A program made the translations under genes and the position numbers. The notes under the pieces were generated by a model, which worked only from the letters and a program-made list of their open reading frames with translations, was not told the origin of the DNA and searched no databases. Positions 59,614 to 64,000 of a stretch of 64,000 bases of DNA are shown piece by piece. The stretch's first letter is position 1. Every line of letters starts with the position of its first letter. Source of the stretch: Promethearchaeota archaeon (lineage in GTDB: Archaea > Asgardarchaeota > Lokiarchaeia > Sigyniarchaeales > SOKP01); contig JBHLOC010000016.1 of assembly GCA_048940925.1 (NCBI GenBank), positions 1 to 64,000 on the forward strand. Direction: 5' to 3'.

Positions 59614-59991
59614 ATGGCGAAAAAGAAGAAAAAGAAACCAGAACCAGAGATTGACATCAAACAGAGACTTGATAATGTCAAAGTATTAGTAGAATCTAAT
59701 AGACCCAAGGAAGCTATTGCTTACATATATCTCGTTTATGATGATCTTATCAACATTAAATTTAAAAAACCTAGATTAGCTCATCAGACTATTAGAGAAT
59801 TTGCTATTAACTGTGTAAATGAGTTAGAAAAAAAATTAAAACCAGAATCCGTGTATCCGTTTATTAAAAAAATAGAAGATATCATTTATGGTGGAGTCGA
59901 ACCCACTAATAAAGAATTAAACTTTGCTATCGATTTATTCTCAAATCTTTATAACGAAATTACTGGTAAAACAATCTCGTTTAAAATATAA
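59614..59991 (+). CDS. stand-alone DUF4129-like protein
   Basis: QTIREFA...YPFIKKIEDIIYGG; visibly paralogous to the C-terminus of the upstream gene. Confidence 0.7.
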   Translation: MAKKKKKKPEPEIDIKQRLDNVKVLVESNRPKEAIAYIYLVYDDLINIKFKKPRLAHQTIREFAINCVNELEKKLKPESVYPFIKKIEDIIYGGVEPTNKELNFAIDLFSNLYNEITGKTISFKI

Positions 59992-60053
59992 AATTATATG
60001 AAGAAATACTTTAATAATTTAAGTTTTAAATAATAAAGTTAAGTTTGAAAAAA

Positions 60054-61814
60054 ATGGTAAAAGCAGCAAAAGCAACAGAAAAAAGTCTAAATATTTCAAA
60101 AGGGATAGTCTTTACTTTTTTCACTTTTTATCTCATATTCTTTGGGATTTTTATTAGTATTTACTTTAATTCTCCTACAGGTGGAATACCGCTTTTTGTA
60201 AGTTATTTACCGCTTTTATGTTATGTTGGTGCTGCTTTTTGCGGAATTGCTTTAATTATTTTTATCAGGAATGTAACAACCCATAAAGTACGTCAAACCC
60301 AATCTCGCAAAAAAATAAAAGCAGGATCAGTTTATAAACAAGCCCTCTTCTTAATAATTTTTATTTTTGCATTTATCCCTTTACTATCTCCTATTATTGA
60401 CAGAGGAGTTAATAATCAAAACTTCTCAGTCTATAATAATAGATGGAATGGTTGTTCAGAGTTTAAACGAACTATAGAACAAGCAGGATATAATGTAATG
60501 ACTGTACAATCAAGTTTAAGTACTACTCAACGACTAAATCAATCAATTTTATTAATTTTAATGGGTCCTAATATGTTTTATGACCCAGTTTTTGAAATAC
60601 CATACTTTATAGATTTCTTTAATGGTAGAAATTCTTTATTGTTATGTCACGACCATGGATCTACAAGTACTTTACTATGGGAGATCTTTGTTGCTAATAT
60701 GCTTAATTTCGGGAATCAAAATTCCACAGGAATATTCCCTGTAACCATTTTTCCCAATGGTATTTTACGTGATAATGCTTCTTATGATACTACACCCGAA
60801 TTTCCCGTTATTAGAACATTTGATTATTCCCATCCTACAACATCTGGAATTGATGAAGTTATTCTTTCAGTTGCATCTTGTGCTGCAGGAGGACCCCTCG
60901 TAGAATTTTTTGGATGGGATGTTGTAGGATCTGCTAGTGAATTATACAGCTGGGTAGATAAAAAACCTTTCAATGGAAAGGTAGATCCTGAAATTGATGT
61001 TCTTGACCTGGGATTCATCGGTGAAACGCTCACAGGTTTTCCTAGTGAATTATTAAAGCTACCACTCTATAGTCCATTTACCCCTCATGTATTCTTAGCG
61101 AAGGAATTCGGAAACTCTAGGGTGTTCGTGTCAGCAGATGCTAGTCTTTTTAATAACGAATTAATTGATGAAAATCTTGGATATGATAATAAGCAATTTG
61201 GCATAAATATAGTAGAATGGCTAACATATACGGATCTTGGAGTTGATAAAGATAATTGGGTTGTGGTTTTTGATGAGGCTCATATTCGTCCCGAAAAGTC
61301 GAGAGATTTGTCTTCAGCTGGTATATATGGATTTATAATGCAATACATAGTACATCTTTCAACAAATCCTATTACTGCATGGATCTATCCACTCCTCGCA
61401 GTCTATACTTTAAAAAGATATCTTCCTAAAAAAGATAAACAGAAAGAACAAGAAAAAGTTGCAGAAGAAGAAGAAAAGAAAGAAGAAAAAGCACGATTTA
61501 GAACATCTTCATTTTTTGCACAAAAAATTGAAGAATTTAAAGACAAAGCGAAATATGGTGAAGCATTGCTATTACTCTATAGAAGACTGGAAAGAAAATT
61601 ACATGCATTATTACGAGGTGAAAAAATTTCAACAAAAAGGGTAATTGATATGGTGATTGCTAAAGATCCATCATCAACTAAACTAAAAATAAGAAGATTA
61701 TCCAGATTTATGGATAGAATTTTAGCTATTAAAGAAGGTAAATACAAAGTTAGAACTGAAGACGATTTTGAAGAAATATTTTTCGAAATGAGTTGGGCAG
61801 TGAATAATATATAA
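60054..61814 (+). CDS. DUF4350-like membrane protein
   Basis: Three N-terminal TMs, FSVYNNRWNGCSEF, ADASLFNN, VVFDEAH; standard member of MoxR/DUF58 operons. Confidence 0.72.
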   Translation: MVKAAKATEKSLNISKGIVFTFFTFYLIFFGIFISIYFNSPTGGIPLFVSYLPLLCYVGAAFCGIALIIFIRNVTTHKVRQTQSRKKIKAGSVYKQALFLIIFIFAFIPLLSPIIDRGVNNQNFSVYNNRWNGCSEFKRTIEQAGYNVMTVQSSLSTTQRLNQSILLILMGPNMFYDPVFEIPYFIDFFNGRNSLLLCHDHGSTSTLLWEIFVANMLNFGNQNSTGIFPVTIFPNGILRDNASYDTTPEFPVIRTFDYSHPTTSGIDEVILSVASCAAGGPLVEFFGWDVVGSASELYSWVDKKPFNGKVDPEIDVLDLGFIGETLTGFPSELLKLPLYSPFTPHVFLAKEFGNSRVFVSADASLFNNELIDENLGYDNKQFGINIVEWLTYTDLGVDKDNWVVVFDEAHIRPEKSRDLSSAGIYGFIMQYIVHLSTNPITAWIYPLLAVYTLKRYLPKKDKQKEQEKVAEEEEKKEEKARFRTSSFFAQKIEEFKDKAKYGEALLLLYRRLERKLHALLRGEKISTKRVIDMVIAKDPSSTKLKIRRLSRFMDRILAIKEGKYKVRTEDDFEEIFFEMSWAVNNI

Positions 61815-61897
61815 ATAAATTAAATAAAAAATTTAAAATTCAAATAAAATTGTAAAAAACATTAAAAATAAAATAAAAAATAAGAGGTTATAAAAGT

Positions 61898-62878
61898 ATG
61901 GAAACACAGGATAAAGCAAAATACTATGAAAGAGAAGAAATTGATGTAACACCAATTCGTGAAATAGCACAAGAAGTTCTGAGCGAAGTTTCAAGAGTTA
62001 TTGTTGGTTATGGAGAAATCCTTCAACAGCTTTTTGTTGCTTTGTTAGTTAATGGTCATGTTCTCCTCGAAGGTGTACCAGGTTTAGGTAAAACTGTCAT
62101 GGCCAAAACATTTGCCGCTACGTTAGGAATTAGTTTTAGAAGAGTTCAGTTTACACCTGACTTACTCCCTGCAGATATAACTGGTACTAAAATATTTGAT
62201 CAAAATGAAGGTGCTTTTGTACTTCAAAAAGGACCTATATTTGCAAATGTAGTACTTGCTGATGAAATTAATAGGAGTGCACCTAAAACTCAAGCTGCTT
62301 TACTTGAAGCTATGGCTGAAAGACAGGTAACTATAGAAGGTCAAACCCTCGCACTTGAAAAACCATTTATCGTCATAGCTACAGAAAATCCTGTAGAAAT
62401 GGAAGGAACTTACCCATTGCCAGAAGCACAAGTGGATCGATTTTTGTTTAAACTTTGGTTAGATTATCCAGAAGATACTGAAGAGGTGGAAATTATGAGA
62501 CGACAATTATCAGGTGAATCTCCTTCAGTTGAAGCAATAACTGCAGGAGAGGAAATATTAGCAGCACAAAAAATTATGAATCTAGTTTATATTGATGATA
62601 GAATTCTAAAATATATCCGAGATATCACAATTAAAACGCGAAACCATCCTCAAATCGCTCTAGGATGTGGACCCAGAGCTTCACTCACTTTAATGAAATG
62701 TGCTAAAGCACGTGCTGCAATACTTGGTCGAACTTATGTTACTCCTGATGATGTGCGTGCATTAATCATACCTGCATTGAATCATAGAGTTCTTTTAAAA
62801 CCCGAAGCAGAATTAGAAGGTTTAGATACTCAGAGTGTATTAAAATCGATCATAGAAGAAATTCCAGTACCCATCTAA
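61898..62878 (+). CDS. moxR: MoxR-proper AAA+ ATPase
   Basis: GHVLLEGVPGLGKT, RVQFTPDLLPADITG, LADEINR, NPVEMEGTYPLPEAQVDRF. Confidence 0.95.
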   Translation: METQDKAKYYEREEIDVTPIREIAQEVLSEVSRVIVGYGEILQQLFVALLVNGHVLLEGVPGLGKTVMAKTFAATLGISFRRVQFTPDLLPADITGTKIFDQNEGAFVLQKGPIFANVVLADEINRSAPKTQAALLEAMAERQVTIEGQTLALEKPFIVIATENPVEMEGTYPLPEAQVDRFLFKLWLDYPEDTEEVEIMRRQLSGESPSVEAITAGEEILAAQKIMNLVYIDDRILKYIRDITIKTRNHPQIALGCGPRASLTLMKCAKARAAILGRTYVTPDDVRALIIPALNHRVLLKPEAELEGLDTQSVLKSIIEEIPVPI

Positions 62879-62940
62879 TTCACGAATTTTTTTAATTTTT
62901 TATAAAATGATTAAATATAATGAAGAGACGGTGAAACAAT

Positions 62941-64000
62941 ATTTTAGGTGGAAAAGGTAGAAGTTTAATTTTATTCGCAGTTTTTTTTCTTACAGCTGGA
63001 TTTGCTTTTGAAAATTACTTTCTAGTATACTTTGCTGTATTATTACTTTTTAGTACTATTATCAGCTTACCGGTTTTCCACTATAAAATGAACGTTGAAG
63101 AATTATTAGTCCATCGAGAATTAGAAAAAGAGAAAGTATTTAAAGATGATTTTGTCCATGTAAAAGTAATCATTGAAAATATTGGGAATGCCAGTTTTGA
63201 TTTTCTTGAAATCAGAGATAGTTTTAACCCCCAGCTGTTTAGATTAATTTTAGGTGAAAATTTTATTTCAACTCGAATCGGTCCCAAAGAAATAGTTAAA
63301 TTTTCATATGTTCTTGAACCAAGAGTTAGGGGAGAATATGCGCTTGGACCATTGTCTGTAATAGTTAAAGATAGATTAGGTTTTAATTCATTAGAACGAA
63401 TAGTTCCTGATAGTGTAACTGATATATTAATATATCCCCCATATGAAGATATTAAAAGAATTGAAATATTAGGTTCCAAAAGATCTTTACAATTAAACTA
63501 TGGTTTACAGAGATCAAAGCAAAAGGGTCTTGGATCAGAATTTTATGGCATGAGAAAATATGTTTTTGGGGACCAATTTAGATTAATAGATTGGAAAGCA
63601 AGTGCTCGAGCTCAAACCTTAATAGTAAAAGAATTTGAGAGTGAAAGAGATGTAACTGTTATGATTTTAGTAGATTCTTCAGAAACTATGGCGGGAGGGG
63701 CAATTGAAAATACTAAATTTGAATATGCAATTAGATCATGCATGCTTTTAACTAAAGTAGCTTTAACACGAAGAGATAACGTTGGAGTGTTTACGTTTTC
63801 TGATAAGAAGAATTTCAATTTCTTAAAACCAAATAGTGGCGAGGAACATTTTTATCAAGTGTTAGATTTTGTTGCTCGAGTAAAACCAGAAGGAAAATGT
63901 AGAATTGTAGAAGCCCTTGATTATTTCACACGAAGATTTCAGAAACGAAGTTTAGTTTTCATTATATCTGATTTAGAAGCAAATCCCAAAGAAATCAGTC
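62941..64000 (+). CDS. DUF58 (VWA-like) protein, truncated at window end; probable ATT start; absent from the ORF track
   Basis: Manual translation: ILGGKGRSLILFAVFF...GSEFYGMRKYVFGDQFRLIDWKASAR...KEFESERDVTVMILVDSSETM. GGTGA at 62930-62934; in-frame TGA at 62932. Confidence 0.88.
   Translation, partial: MLGGKGRSLILFAVFFLTAGFAFENYFLVYFAVLLLFSTIISLPVFHYKMNVEELLVHRELEKEKVFKDDFVHVKVIIENIGNASFDFLEIRDSFNPQLFRLILGENFISTRIGPKEIVKFSYVLEPRVRGEYALGPLSVIVKDRLGFNSLERIVPDSVTDILIYPPYEDIKRIEILGSKRSLQLNYGLQRSKQKGLGSEFYGMRKYVFGDQFRLIDWKASARAQTLIVKEFESERDVTVMILVDSSETMAGGAIENTKFEYAIRSCMLLTKVALTRRDNVGVFTFSDKKNFNFLKPNSGEEHFYQVLDFVARVKPEGKCRIVEALDYFTRRFQKRSLVFIISDLEANPKEIS

Noticed and set aside
2380-63818. Numerous 60-170 aa ORFs antisense to or nested in long genes (e.g. 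16037-16279, 37530-38030, 40475-40864, 63081-63479)
   Set aside because: Shadow frames of well-supported genes. Their F/S/L/I-rich composition mirrors the K/E-rich sense codons.
1-64000. CRISPR array, cas genes, transposases, prophage genes
   Set aside because: No regularly spaced repeats or matching protein motifs were seen.

Overview
AT-rich archaeal core-genome segment, most likely from an Asgard archaeon of the Lokiarchaeia/Promethearchaeia type. That call is an inference from L15e, Topo VI, MCM/GINS, Rab- and Rag-like GTPases, a longin-like protein and a large ES39-position insertion in the 23S rRNA. The window opens in the 3' end of the 23S rRNA and ends inside a DUF58 gene. It carries metabolic genes (ADP-forming acyl-CoA synthetase alpha, 4-hydroxybutyryl-CoA dehydratase family, glycyl radical enzyme, coaBC, pyrE), two tandem ValRS genes of different type, tRNA-Ala(CGC), two MoxR operons and a dense set of chromosome-biology genes (degenerate cdc6/orc1, smc-scpA-scpB, endoQ, top6B-top6A, gins23, mcm, HDAC). 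Five signals stand out. (1) The 1484-aa SMC has no recognisable canonical hinge, only a duplicated all-helical 71-aa unit at its centre, and its arms are built from ~90/97-aa repeats. (2) An unannotated N-terminal HeH/SAP-like module on ScpA (ATA start) is 50% identical to a module in the C-terminal extension of a giant Topo VI B subunit. (3) An unannotated box C/D guide RNA is predicted to direct Gm2251 in the 23S P-loop. (4) A folliculin-like ARG-motif longin protein lies near a Rag-like GTPase. (5) A ferredoxin missed by the ORF track has an in-frame TAA. No CRISPR array, transposase or integrase was seen. All family assignments are from motif recognition by eye, not database searches.
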